This document shows positions 1 to 59,743 of a stretch of DNA of 64,000 bases, piece after piece. Positions within the stretch are counted from its first letter, which is position 1. Each line of letters begins with the position of its first letter. This stretch comes from Ophelia neglecta (Eukaryota). The stretch lies in the NCBI GenBank assembly GCA_965285935.1, contig OZ260664.1, positions 52,638,001 to 52,702,000 of the forward strand, written 5' to 3'. A program made the translations under genes and the position numbers. The notes beneath the pieces are model-generated. The model searched no databases, was not told the DNA's origin, and worked only from the letters and a program-made list of their open reading frames with translations.

Positions 1-700
1 CCTATCCAAGCAACAAGAAACAAAGCCGGTGACTTCTGAAGTATTTTTAATCTGCACTTTACATAATGCGCACTTTCTATATCTGCACTCTTGGTGTCGG
101 ACAGCGCAATTACGTCTGATGTGAATATATAATTTTATTGCTGTTAACTTCTGTTTGATCGATTGTTGTTATAATATGTTTATGACCTTTAACGACCTAT
201 GAGTCATAGGCTGTCAGCGTATTATTTTGCTTGGCCACATTATTATTTTAACGTTTTCGAGGTCAATTACTAAGATTTGACGTCGTGCAATAAACCCTGC
301 TTCAGCAGGCAAAAACACGCCTGAAACTAAATCATGGCTCTGTACAGCGCACACAGCTATTCCGTTACACAACCCTGTTAGCCTCGCATGATATTTCATT
401 TCCCTTTGATATTTTACTTTTCATTAACTTTATTTGATCCCACCAAGTCATTTGGGAATCAATCATTACACCTTGAATATTGTGACATTTACTCTTTTCA
501 ATGTCGCGCAATTAAACATGTATTTTTTTAGGTTAAAACCGTCTTATTCGCGATCGGAAAACATATACCTTATGTTTTAAAGACATATGTTGGAACTTAT
601 CAAGTATTATCAATACTGAAATTCAAATAGTGTCCTCTATTTTTTACCAAAGATTTCAATTGCATACTTTGCGAGTCTTGTCTTTGCAGACATTGGTGTA

Positions 701-907
701 TTAACAGTCTACTGTTGCGATTGATACAAACGTAGGGAAGTGGTCGGAGATACCGGTGTAGAAGATTCCATTAAATAATTCATTTTGAATATTGTTGCAG
801 TATATTATTTGGCTGAGTCTATCCCTACTCGAACCTATCGGAAGAAAGGAAACAGTATAATTGTTCCAAGAATGACGAGCTAGTAAATCAAATGTAACTA
901 TAAACAT
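701..907 (-). mobile_element. Degenerate LINE endonuclease remnant
   Basis: IYCNN...GIFYTGISDHFPTF resembles the C-terminal SDH motif of APE-type LINE endonucleases; boundaries unclear. Confidence 0.45.
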
Positions 908-2273
908 TTGTAAGGTTTATGTGGAGGTCTTCAGTAATATACACTAGCTTGTTCCCTGCTTTATTAAGATACATAAGACGGGTTATTTGGTCGGAAGATT
1001 TCCATATCAGTATCAGGAAGGCGATAAAATACACACACAATGATCGTCTTGTTGCATCCTCTTTGGACCCCAGGCATTTCAATAAATGAAGCCTCAAAAC
1101 TGTATTTATAATATCCGGATCACTATTATTTGGTCATTGATAACACTGCTGATGAAGGAAGGAACATCTCCTCCTCTTCTAGCAGGCCGATAAAGGCTCT
1201 CCTGTTTATAATTATGCAAACGTTTCCACATTTGATTTGACTTATTAAACCATGGTTTGGATGTATAAATTACTGTTAATACCTGTTTGAAGGTAAACTT
1301 CAACTTCTTTAAGTTTTTTGACTTGCAATTGAATTGTTTAGTGAAATACAGAGAATAGGTTTGCAACCAACAGGGTTTGAAATTAACTCTTGTTAAATTT
1401 GTCTTCTGAAAAATACTCACAATCTGATGCCTTGCACGGATTAGAATCTGATCTTGAACAAAATTCCTTAGAATCATTTATTTATCATACAAACGGATTG
1501 AATTATATTTCCTCAAGACTCTGCATGGAGTGAAATACTGTTATATGAACCCCAGTATTCTGAAAAAGCTGAATCGGACCAATGGGTTTAGAGTTGTTTG
1601 TGTTTTTGTCACAACAGTCATTGTATTCGACGCAAATGCCCAAAGGCGAAAACATAATGTTTGCTTTAGTCAACATTAAAAAAGTTTAGTAGCTTTTCAA
1701 ACCGCTCAGTGAGTCGTGGTTGTGCGGTGTAAAGAAATGTCTACCCGACCACCAGAAAAGCCCTAGGAAAAACATATATTGTAGCGATGACTGCCCTTTT
1801 TACCTTCAATAAACCGCGAAACTTTTATAGCTTATATCTAGTTTCTGTCTGTCACGGGCACCCGCTGTCATGATGCCCATAATGTTTGTATGATTTTTTC
1901 ACAATCGGCCTTGGTAAAAGAGTCACTTGTCTATTAACTTTTCATTATTTCGTTGCAGAGAGTTGTATCAAAGTCTGATCAGAAGGGAAGTGTTCAACAT
2001 CCAGGCCGCAGTTGGCTTCGGAACAACCCCAAGCGATTTAGCTAATCAAGTATAAAGATATTTTGACGCGGAATCCTAGACTCTACTCCCCTGATACTAA
2101 TCAAGCGGGCATCTTGTCGGTTAAAACAGCTGCATCCATACATCGAGAAAGATTTCTTTTTCTCGTAATGTAGTCAGTGGACTCGAACCTTAGACTCACA
2201 GGTGGCTCTGCTGGTGAAAATAATAGCACGTTTTAGAAGCAAAGCCATTATGTTATAGTTCGACCGACGATGA

Positions 2274-47026
<44,753 letters not shown>

Positions 47027-50000
47027 CGTCATATTTATAATGAGATCTTAGACAAAATAGCGTTCACAATCATTGATTCCCTGTTATGATATTTCGCAAA
47101 ATATTTTCCAACATGAACAAACAACGCAGATCAACATATGTTTTTCTTGTTAGGAAACAGTAGTGTTGGGGATGTAAATGTTTGGTTAGTGGTAATCAAA
47201 ATAAGTTTACGCATTGATAGGCCTATTGTAGAAAAAAAAACTACTGGAAAGTTTATATTGGTTTTTCACTTTCTTCATGAATACTGATAGGCCTAAGCGG
47301 TTTAGGTTTTTAATCTTTTATAAAACCAAACCAGTATGTGTCAAACTGAGCATTATATTCTATTAGGAAGAAATGGGATATGCAGCAAGCCCGTAGAATG
47401 AAAACAGAAAGCCCTACTGTCTTTATTTTACATTATCTTTTATTGTTGAGTAGGCCGATCATAATTCAAAACACTAGTCATGCCAGAGTGATGTTGCCCA
47501 AGTTTGTTTTTACATTATGTGAAACATGTAGCAAAATGATGAATTAAGTGATTATTGCTACACCAATCATAGTAACACTGTGTTATCGTGATAAAAGTCG
47601 TACAGAAATTCCCCAGAAGTTACCAACGTTAGTCTTGTTTTTGCTGCTATGCAAGCTTTTGAACAGCTTTTTAGATACAAAGCCGACATTCCGGTTTTAT
47701 ATTCAAAGCGCAAAGATTTTAGTCGCACAACAGTTCTGTAGGGGAACTGAATTAATATCATCTTGTAATACAGTTTTTTGATTTTTAAACGTATCATGGT
47801 GACTCCTCAAATACATGTGTATAAATATAGTAGATACCGGGGAAGCTTGGTGTCTTAGGATTTGAGTCTGATACAGCCATGTAATATTCTGGTATATGGT
47901 GTATGTATACGGGTTATCCGCTTCGTTTGTGAATCACTAACAAACGACATTTTAGTTTGATCGATGAAGCATTGCGCAGGAAGAAGAAAATTTACCATGC
48001 ATTCATTGAGCTGCGAATTAATATGATCAATTGAATTTGACCACGACACTCATTGAATGCTTTATAACTGCATTTAGGGGATGTATATGATATTGATATT
48101 TTTGCGTACCAATTATGAACAAATAACGATGTTGATTATAGGAATATTTGCATTGGAATACATTTAATACATAATGGATTTATCAGCAATTGATTTACTG
48201 GGCTGAGGATTGATTAGTCTGGACCATGACGCCTAACGAATGCTTGAAAACCGCATTTGACGGATATTTATCTAGAATATTTTTGTGCATTGAAAGGGCA
48301 AACAATTAAGGATGCTAACTCTAGGAATTAGTATAAACAATGAAATAGTTTTAATACAGAATAGCATTCCTCGGCAAATAATCAACGTGCACCTATGTGT
48401 TCATCATGTACGTATATATGTATATTTGGATAACTCCCATTTTGTGAATGTCTGTTTACATGTATCCCGTGTATATTTAAACAGAGCGGGCGATGTGCAA
48501 CTGCAGATATTGAGTCATAAGTAGTTACATTATCATAGCAGCAGTATCGCTGTGTATTTGGCAGGATGGACGTAGTATAGTCCTAGTACAAGCGTAGCTA
48601 CTTTGCTGCGTATAGCGCTGTATGTGCGTAATATGTATATGGGTAAATATAATTGGCAAGACTTGTTGAATATTATGTATGAGTTACATATATATATATA
48701 TCGTAAATAAGATATTGTATCTTTGTGACGCAAATAATTGAATATATTTTGTACATAGTAAAGCCATTGTTTGTTTCATGACATTAGGGCAAGAAAGGGT
48801 AAAACATGTAGCTTAGATTCCGCTAAGCTAGTTGTTAAAGACAGATTCATGGATAATGCTTGGCGCCAAGTATATATATGCAGGGTTTATTGTAAGGAAA
48901 TTTTATAATATTATGACACACACAAAATAGTATACGCAATATAAATTTTCTTTCTCTTCCACTCGTAACTCCATCGAGTTGTGTGGACAATTGGGTATGT
49001 TGCACCGTAAAGGGGCAAGAGATGAAAGGCGCGATAATATATGCACACAGTGTATGATAGTCGACGGTTCAAATTATACCTCTGTGTTTTAATGTTACTC
49101 TTGCTAGGTAATGATAAAGGGCTGTCACGGGTCATTTTACATTACAATTAATCTGTTACTAGAAGAAAAAATCCACAGTGGAGGAAATTATCCGAATAAG
49201 AAACAACCAAATTAGACAGACAAAATGGTGTACATAGCAACTTTTTAGCAGCACCACCTGTCTCATAAAAGCAGTTTTTTTTGGTTTCACAAAGGATTGA
49301 AGGAGAAAAAATATACTAAATATAGGTTCCCAAATATGGGCCAATACCAGAACAGTCCAGACTGGTCTGATTTATTAAGTTCCTTCCTCCACCCCGAATG
49401 ATTGGATCAAAGAACAAAACAACCCGGACCGTTGGTGCACTACCCTAAGCCCCCTTTCATACTTATGGATAGGGTGACAGGGGCCTAGAACCAAACAAAC
49501 TGGATAGGTCTGCTCTGTTGGTTCCCCCCTACACACACTCCAATATACAAATCATGTTCATGAACTGAGCAAACTGGACTTTTTATACCCCCTCCCCCTC
49601 CCCCTTTATATAAGCCTCCTCTCATTGGCTACCCCATTTGTGCTGTAAGCCTTACCCTCCCCTGGCTGCCCCCCCCCCCCCCCCCCACCACCACCACCAC
49701 CACCGTAGCCTCAGTCTCCTCTTATAATGCCATTTATATGTTAATCTGTTGTGTCAACAAAACAGGTTCAAAGAATTTTATCAGTAATCAGCATGGCTTG
49801 TTGAATGGAGGCAGGCTCTGCTCTGGTACAGTATATCCCATGATGCACTGCTGCTGTTTGGCAACATCGAGTATGGCTGCCAATGATACAGACGATGCAT
49901 GTGGCAAAGACGCAGAAAAGGTGTTTTATTGCAAAATGCACACCGCATACCGCAATCTCGCTTAGCCTATCACAACCATAGATGCTTCAGCAATAACTGG

Positions 50001-51438
50001 TGAAGATTTCAGGCACATCCTTTTGTAAATGAATGAGGAAATCCTTGTTGCATACCGGTAATATTAATATAGATAACCATGCAGATGAGATGGCACTGTT
50101 AGAGTAGTAACGTTAGATAAGACTAGAATGTTTTGCCCAATCACCACCGCTAATAAAAAGATAAACCCATTCATTTAATTCCTATCCGGTTGCTCAGCGA
50201 GACAATCTGTATTTACTGAACTTACGCCATTTTTGAGATTGGTGGTAAAAATATATTTCTCAAAATGCCTTATCTAATGCATATACAATAGACCAATACA
50301 ATATTTAGCCCAATATAGGTAATACTCAACTGAGGCTAAACACATCCGATTCTCACGAGCAATAAAGTGCATGCTTATTTTCATAAGTACAATCCACGCA
50401 AGAAGGCGAAATAATAACATGCAGACGAAGGAATTTTCTTTTTTATTTTTTTTTTCTATTTTGTTCACAAATACTTAAGCTACTTGTGTTGTACTCTCAG
50501 AAAAACCTCTTTGATGCATTTTCTTTCTTATTAATTAACAGATGAAGAGGGGAAGACCCCACAGTATTAATTGGCAAACTTGATTGAAATCATGTATCGT
50601 TTAAACATAAATCGTCGCATTATTTGTTGTATTGTAAAATACGACCTATACCGAATATATGTGGTAACCCAATGGAAACGTGATGTCATATATAACTGCT
50701 AAGTATATCAGGAGTTGTGTCTTGATGCAGCCGATTGATGGCATTCACATAGGAGGCGTCATTTCTCAGTATTTCCCCTTGGACTTCATCTTCACTCCTG
50801 TGTGAAAACGAATAAAACAATTTGTGAGATAACGATTGTATAAACTTGTCACAGTGTAAACCGGCCAGCTATTTCAAGCTTCTTATTATTGAGGTTCATA
50901 ATTATTGCGATTATAATTACGGGTTTTAATAGTTCAAGTTCAATTCATTATTAAAAGTCATTTCTGACAAATGTCACATATATATATAAACACATACCGG
51001 GGTAAAGACATATAATACATTGAAACACACATGCTACATTGTATATAAAAAAAACATATCAATGAGCGGATCTACAGCGTTATCCCACTCAACATCAGCA
51101 AATGCAGCATCCCCACAGCTCAAGAAGCCCTGTCATCCACCGCTGGAGGGAACTAACAATCGCTAGCCATGTATAACTAGTTAGAAAGGTTTCAGTCATA
51201 CACAGAAAACTTGTCTTGAGCTGACATAGAAGACATATTTGAATTAAGGGCTCAGCAAGTCCAGCCTTGTTTCTAAACAAAGCCCTTTTAGATTTTGACG
51301 GCCGTGCTGAAACTAATGGATCCACACTAGTCAATAAATAAGCAAACGTGTGTTGGAGAAAGATAACCAAATTTGAACACCTTGTCGAAACTCTTTCGGA
51401 AAAGTTTCTGCTAAACTATTATGAATTAATCAAATAGG

Positions 51439-51890
51439 TAGTCAATTCGACTACCCTGTTGGTCAAATACTAGTCAATTAGACAACTTGTGAAGTTTGAT
51501 TTTTGTCAAATTGACTGCTTACCCATAGTCAAATTGATTACATGAAATCAACATGACTACCAAAAAAGTATTCATATTAACAACATCTGGTCAATTTGAC
51601 TAGTGTCAAGTTCAATATGGCCACTATAAGGTGGTTATAGTGAATATAGACGAGAACCTCCACGATAGTCACATTGTCCAAATATGGTGACAAGGGGTTC
51701 ATATGGACCAACATAAGGATGGTGGTCACTTTGACCAAATATGGTCACTCTGACTTCCTAGATGATAGTACACATTAACCAGATATTGTCAATTTGACTT
51801 CCTATATATGATAGTCACATTGTCCAATTGTTCTCAAATTAGGCCAGTATTATCGCCCTTTGGCAGTCACATACTGTCGAATTGACCAAT
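51439..51890. repeat. Degenerate array of palindromic TRGTCAnnnTGACYA units
   Basis: About a dozen units, e.g. tagtcaattcgacta, tggtcaatttgacta, tggtcactttgacca, tagtcacattgtcca. Confidence 0.75.
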
Positions 51891-54440
51891 AATGGGCCAA
51901 AAGTAATAAAGGCTTTTTATCATTTTAAAACAAACTATTAATAAAGAAACATTGTTTATACAATAGGCAGGAACATTCTTATTACTTCTTACGACCTTTG
52001 AATCTAATTTAGGCACATTCATTTATCTTTAGAGACATAGACAAGATTAATAATCCAATCTGTCAGAGACTTCTTGAATACAACGAACTATCTAATAATA
52101 TGCAAAATACATTTTAAACATATACTCTCTTATAGTTTCTTGATACACCAGCAAACCTACTGGAGAAGAGTGCTATCCGCTATGTTCACAAATACTGACA
52201 TCAACACGAATGAGAGCTTTCTCCAGTCTCTTAAAGCCTGCATGGCAGTAAATGATAGTAGCACGAAGTGCCCCATCTTGTTGCACTCAGCTGATGAAAA
52301 AGATCTACCGTCAAACTCGGCACGCAACAGAAGCAAATATACTAATAAAAACAGCACTTCACGATGAAATGTGGCGAGGGAGTCACATCAAGTACACCTA
52401 GTCATTCCAAGTAATATTATATCATTCAGTCTAACTGATTAAACACGAATGAAACGCCTTGGACAGCTGACAATCTAATGGAGGTGGAGGATGAAGGTCA
52501 CCAGCCATTAAAGGTGCACAAAGCAAGTAGCAGGAAATACTACTCAGAGGTAACGTGACAAGTCGATTGTTAATTTCCGCTCCACCTGGTGACATTACAC
52601 CACTCAGGTGAACACTATAAAGGTTATTAAACGCTAGCTTGTCACCTCGGTAACCGGTCAGATATTCACTGCACCCAAACTAACGGTGTTTATTATGCAC
52701 TTTTTTTTTCAAACTATTAAGTGCTGACAGGGATAGATACCCTATCTTGGCGGTCTTTACAAACTTGTTAGCAGTAAAGAAATGATGGTTTTCTCTATTG
52801 ACAGCTGTGTAAAATCCCCTTTATGTCCGATGTACAATTTCAATATTAGACAGTGTTGTTGTAAAAACCAGTGCCTATAATCTGTATAAACATATAGCCA
52901 GCTAGATTCATTTAAGTTCTTTCTATAACAATTTTAAGAGTTCAAATAACTCAATCCATTGAGCAGCGTTAAGATTTTCACATTCAGATGCACATGATAT
53001 CTCGGAAATTTATGCCACACATAAATGCTTTCCAGCCATGCGTATTGACACGCGGCGATCGCATCTAGATAGTTCCTATTTCGGTATTCCTTCCCGAACT
53101 TTCTACCCATCGGGCCTAGCCCTTGGCCTTCCTGGCAGCCGTGGGTGAAATGCCGCCCACCGCCACTCTAATTTCTCGGAATATTTGGCGAAACAGGCAT
53201 TTCTTTTCTAGGTGCTTTAGCACGCGGTGATCGTTTATAGATGGGTCATTTATGTTATTTATTCCCTAATTTCCTACTCCCACGGACCTCTCGGCCTTCC
53301 CGGCAGGGCTCGGATAGCTTTTTTCACCTCTATTAGATTTGCTTCAAGCCGCTTATATCTATTGGGGTTATGTTCCATACGTAATTACTGTCTCGAAACA
53401 TCGAAGAGTGAAGACAGCTTAAGTTTTTTCCAATAGGTCTTCTACAGACTATGCAGTTATGACCAGCTTTATAATCATTATTTTGACACGCATATTGTCA
53501 CAATTTTTTAGGCATTACAACGGAGATGTTATGTGGGTACTGTCTTTTTCTATTTTTCTGGTGTCATTTATAATCAAATAATGTATTTAAGAATTATACT
53601 TATGTTTGCTATCAATTGAAGTCATTGTTAATATTTCAGGAGATTTTCACTTGCTACAAGTTCGCAGAGAGTATACAATAAACGTACAGTTGACGTGGAA
53701 AGATGGAATAGGACCGACCATCAAACCAACTCAGAGAACAGTCTCAAAGAGGAGAGCCTGTGATTGGTTATGGCAGACTGTTTCCGGATATGCTGTGCGC
53801 GAATCCGTTAACAGTGAACAGACAGGATTAAAACTGTATAACACATCTATCTTGTTTATAACAAAAAACAAGACACGTGTTAGGCAAGCTTGCGAAGTTT
53901 TGTTCCAACATTAGGAATCTATAATGTAATATGTGTATTCTTTTTAATAAATGGTGTAATCGGAACATCAATTTCTCCCATGTCATTTTTTAAAGCAACA
54001 AATGAGTTCACTACTTCTCATTGCCAGTGATATTTAGAGGTCACTAAATGAACATTTTCATAGTATACTCCTATTCAGCCCGAGACATCCATATTAGGTG
54101 TCAAGGGCTGATATTTTATTGTTTGTGAATTGGATATATATTAATATCATAACCTTTTTATCATATGTTAAGCATTGATTAGAGTGGTTAATTGATTTTG
54201 CTTTGTCTGCTGGGCATCTAATCCCGTTTTTTAATAAAAGCGTCTATAATACCGGCAGACAAATAATAATCGGAAATAAAGACTAATCAATTGAACCAGC
54301 CCGCATGAATCAGCAACCATAGCATTATTTGTCTTTAAACTTTCAGATGTCGACATGTCTACTTACATATCACAGTTCTTTGTTCAACTTATCTGTCTTT
54401 AAACTTTAGGTCCCTTACTGTGTGCTGCCTACTTGCCTAC

Positions 54441-56500
54441 TTACATATCACAGTTCTGTGTAACAGGCAGAATATTTTCCGAGCTTTTCGCTGCTTGGCA
54501 GTCACTGGATTGCACGTCCTCGTCAGGGGCTTAAGGGAAATAAGTTGTCGGTTGACACAGTATCCGGTCCAAAAGAGCCCAAATTGTAATCGGTTCCAAA
54601 AAAGGGAGCAAATGCTACCAGGTAACGTTTGGAAGTTAACGATATGCCCTTTAAGAAATATATGATAGCACGGACTAAAAGTTTGTGCAAAAATAAATCA
54701 AACTAAACATTCGGATCTCCGAAAACATACTTATGTTATCAGCTCTAGTATGTGTCCTTCTTCTATGTTTGATCAAGTCTTTGCAACATGCTCCTGCACC
54801 CCAGCAACAGCAACATATGATCCAGAACATAGCAAACCCAACGGAGGTGATAAAAGCGATGGCCCATTTGGGAACACTGCAAGAATACTATACATATAAT
54901 ATGCATTGTGGTTTTTCTTCTACAGAAAATGGCATAAAGCGATAATTGGTTTATCATTTCAAACTACATACAAACAATTCCCCCTCTCCAAACACTATAG
55001 AATCATGTTTTTGCTGAAGAATTCGTTCTTGAATTAATGAATAATCCCAGCTAACATCAGCAGATAAAGGGTTGATGTTCAAATTCTATTGTTGAGCTCA
55101 GGATAAGCATAAGTGAGCTTTTTAATTGCATACGATTTCACATTTAAGATTTAATTTAAAGTACATGTTAATATTCCCAGCAAGTTATCTTGCTAAATAA
55201 ATATGTTTCGCAGCAAGTAAGCCCACAATGGCACTGATATCTCGTAATAGCCGATTTCCTTAACTTTAACCACCTGTGTTTGCATATCCGTGAGAGAATG
55301 GAAGATGCAAGGTATCAGTGTATCGACATCTCACATAAGATGACATTTTATCTCCTATACAAATGGGGTCATTGCAACTACTAATAAGAATGGTTTTGAA
55401 TACATTATATTCAAAGTGATATAATATGTTTGTATTATTGTTAAAACTACCGGTTTGGTCCCAATAGACCGACAAAAATATGAATTTGTCAAAAGAAGAG
55501 CAATAAGAGTGTCACGAAATTCAACCTAGAACATTGCCTGGAAATCTCTTCAGAACAGGCGCGTAAATGACATAGTTTAATGTCTATAAAAACGTTAATG
55601 GCATGGTTGCGTGCATTCCCTTGACCTTCCGATATGTGTACTCAATCGCAAACTCTTACAACGTTACAGGTCTCAAGAGGTCTTTTTTTTGTTAGAACAA
55701 CCTCCTGTAAAATCCAAAGTTGTCATTATGTTTACCATTGATATTTAATGTTGGTATGAATCTTACTTATTTTTCATTCCCATCAGGGGGCATTTCTATA
55801 CAATGTGCTGGAATATTAAGCGCATATATCAGAATAGAGGTAATTTATGACTTACCAGCAGAATATGTTATCACTACGCAATTAGCACATATAACTGATC
55901 TTTTTATTGTACTACCATATTTGTGATCTTTGGTCGACATGCATTTATTAGGCCCTATATGGCATATAATTAGTTAGATAGTAAGTCAGCTATACAAATA
56001 ACAATTATTGTTTCACTATATAGTTATTTTGTGTTATTTGCCCGAATTATTTGTTCCTAATGTATGAATTATATACTTGGTATAAGAAAATGAGCAAACC
56101 AACCAGTATGAGTCGTACAAGTGTACATATTATTCTCACCCTCATCAGTGAGAATGACGGACAAATGCTACACCTACCCCCCGATTTCCTCGAAACATTC
56201 CGGCGGACAAAATTCCCCGAGACATAAACACGGATCCTCTGATTGGTACACATTTTCCTGTCCTTTGGTATTAAGCGATCCTGCTATTACTGAAAAACAA
56301 TTTAGGACCAAAAGTGGAAATTGCGTATAGGTATCCTAGGCTTGTTTTATAGCTATAAACTTTATGTGTATATTTGAAATGTCTCTACAGGGAATTTCCA
56401 ACAATTTCAGTTCAGAATTTGGTAGATATGTCTACTCACCGGAACTAACAACACAACTGTAGATAAAAGATATATGGCCACAACAAGTGTTCTTGGTCAT
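54441..56500 (-). CDS. Uncharacterised small single-pass membrane protein, paralogue A; exons 56500-56440, 56289-56178, 54876-54731, 54529-54441
   Basis: GT-AG introns, phases 1/2/1. MTKNTCCGHISFIYSCVVSS|VIAGSLNTKGQENVYQSEDPCLCLGEFCPPECFEEIG|GVPKWAIAFITSVGFAMFWIICCCCWGAGACCKDLIKHRRRTHTRADNI|TPDEDVQSSDCQAAKSSENILPVTQNCDM*. Structure shared with paralogue B; last exon least certain. Confidence 0.75.
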
Positions 56501-58113
56501 TTTTTATACAAGTTCTGATAGCTTCCTGAAGCATTTTATTTCAAATGCTACGTAGAATAAGCAACCACACAATACTAAACATTAGATGTTACACTAACGC
56601 ATATACATGCGTAAATGTTACAATATAACAATTGTTGACACTTTGATGGTTCAATGTGAAGTTTGATTTAAAGCTTATAAATTAACACGTTGGCTGTTGA
56701 ATGTGTCATCAAACCATGTGTAAGACACGCATTCAATAACATTGAGAAGTAAACACACTTCCGATTGAAGATGTTGTTATGACTGGTCGCTAAGGAAAGC
56801 AGGTCATTTATTTCATCGAAGGTTCAATTAATCTCTAGATATCATGTTACAGATCTTTGGAATATACTACCTATAAAAGTAAAGAATCCAAAAACATTAA
56901 AATCACTGAGAACAAAGCCAGGCAATTTTTGCATAAAAAATAAATAAGTACAACGATTGAAAACTAAATTAAATCTTGCTATACTAAAAGCTTATCCCTA
57001 GAAGACTGGACAGGCGGCTGAAACGATGATTAATTGCAATATCGGATAGAAATATAGGTGGAACTATATTTTATTGATAGTTTTTGTATCGTATTTGTAT
57101 GACATTTCTGAAATCCCTATTATGAACATAGAAAATCAATTATTATTAGTAGTATTAGCAGAAGTATTACTAATATAAAAATTGAAGAATTAACAGAAAA
57201 ATAATGTGCGTAACAAACGGGTGCACGATGGGTTTCACGAGGGTAATAAATTAAGGGATACTCGGAGGTATGAGTCAGACAATGAGTTATTTATTGCACT
57301 TGAATTTACCAGCTTTATGGTACTCGTCTTTCCTTCGATTAAGATAACTTTTGACCCCGGGATCGGCTGGTCTATATACCAGATGCTAATGACACTATTT
57401 GTCGTTAATACAAAATGAGTTTAATAAAGGTAAATGAAATGTGAAAAAGATAGATTTTGGAGCTTCTAATATTATCTAGACCTTGTTATTTATGTGCCAA
57501 GGATAACCCGACAAACATAAACCAGTAAATTATACTGCTATACCAACTTTTATATATATACTATTTTTTTGAACGTCATTGTTATATTCAAATGCCCTTG
57601 CTACAAGCAATTGACAACGAATATTCGTGAAATAATAACTTCCGATGAGCTCATCAAACACAGCTCGTGAAAACCTGCCGGAAAAACGACATTAGTAGGC
57701 ATAATATCTGGCGTTCAATAATACAATAAATCTTGTCAGCAGGTGCAGTAGCTGATTTTGGCTCGATATTGGCAGATGGTACCTATAGTTATATTGCGGA
57801 TGTTGATTAGGTAGGCCATGTATCTACGCTCCGGGCTGCTTGGCAGGCCACGAATACTGGCTGATGTTCTCCCAAGCAAATTAAGCAGCAACATTTACAG
57901 ATCGCAGGCGTCCCTCACATTTACTTTAAAACTTCAGTGGGCCAAATCTCTTGGCAACCAGTCTACCAGTTCACCATTTCGTGTATAACAATAATTGCAC
58001 GTTTCACCTGGATAAAGCCATGTAAGAGGGACACTGGTGTTATTGTGGTACTTTTGCTGTCCTTGCAACTATTAAACAGTGTTACAAAGTTGCATTTCAG
58101 CCCAATTGGACTA

Positions 58114-58290
58114 CAGTGAAACCTGCCTTAAAGACCACCTCTATAATCAGACCACCTGACAATTCAGACCACTAATATGAAGACCAAAGTGTACCATTTC
58201 AACGTAAAATAACCTGTGTAAACAGTCCACCTCTCTAATCAGACCAGTATTATCAGTCCCTTTGGTTGCCTTAATTCACATGTTTCACTG
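58114..58290. mobile_element. 177 bp pogo/Tc1-mariner-type MITE, related to 32829-33007
   Basis: TA|CAGTGAAAC ... GTTTCACTG|TA; internal AGACCACC repeats. Confidence 0.8.
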
Positions 58291-59743
58291 TATTTGATAT
58301 TAAAATTAATTCTCCACTTGTTTGCATCAACCGTACACAAATCAATAAATTCCTGTAGCCCACAGAGCAGCAAACAATGATACGTCATCTACATACAAGT
58401 GAATTAAATAAATGATTACATAATGGTTTTTCGAGATATTTTCCTCTAGGGGGAGGGGGCTGGAAGGGAGCTTTTTTCAGATCCCTCTCCGCTGGCCAAA
58501 CCATTTCCCAAGAACCCTCATACCCCAGAAAAGACCCCCGTATTCCGGACGCGACTTTCACCAAAGCGTCCCATCACCATCTGAATCACCGAGTCACAGA
58601 GCGACGTTGTCTGCTCACTCACACTTGGGTCTTATTTGAGTCCTGATGGAATCGAACTTTAAAATATCATTGTCACCCTTGGTGTCTTAATTACTGGCCC
58701 AGGTTTCTGAACTCTGCACATTAAAACGATCATTTTCCCGATTCCCATATAAATAGTCCCGCAACCTGAAGTTGGAGGCTAACTAAAAAAGGAATAAATA
58801 TTATGCTCAAAAGTAACAAAATCTACCCGTCTTCATAACTCCATAAAACGCACATTAAAAACGCCCCATTCTGTATGTGAAACTAAATTTCTTTATAAAC
58901 TATACCTAATGTTTTTACTTCGAAAGGACATACCTTTGAGACATATACGTGATCATTCATTTATTTTTCATACAAATGCATATGGGTGTTGTTTGTAATA
59001 GAGTAAAAATTGTTTAGGTGTGTTATTTAAACAATTGTGATTATGAATTTTGTTGTATTATTCAATAATTAAATTAATTTGAGTTCAGATCAAAATTTCT
59101 CAACGTATTTAACAAATATAATGTTAGTCTTAAACGTGTAATAACACACTACACTTGCAAACATACACGAAAACCATTTAACTGGGTATATGCAGATTTC
59201 AACTTTATGTAGCAGAGTTAAGACGTCATTTAAAATGTGAGATCGAAATCGTTAATGAGAAAAAACACAAGCTTATCCTATCCAAGTTACTTGATGTCAT
59301 CAGTTATGTCTATTGTATAAGCGTTAGTGTCAAAATTGCCCATGGAACCACTGTCAGGGGTGGCGTGCTCGAACAATAATATTCTCTTCTTCACAGCATA
59401 TATATAAACCAAACAAATAGCACTTTGAAGCAAAGTGTTAGATGTAGGTGTTCAGTGTATTAGAGTTATTTAGCATTGTGCTTCTGGGAACTGTGTTCAT
59501 ATCAACTATAGACATTACGTGATTTCCAGGGTTCTTAGGTTTGATTCCATTGTCCAGTCTGTGTAAAAAGAAATAAATTTAAAGTAACAAAAAGCATAAT
59601 GTAAATTGCCAAAGTAAACGCGCGTGCTTCGTTATTGGCGCCACTGACAATTAGACATACGTTTTCTATAACATATGTGCTTATGTTTATTTTCCCTGTT
59701 GGTTATGTGTTTCTTAAAGTAGAAAAAAAATGTATATCGGAAC

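Noticed and set aside
57640-57675. Hammerhead-ribozyme-like CCGATGAG...GAAA
   Set aside because: Core deviates from CUGANGA and the required stems could not be built.
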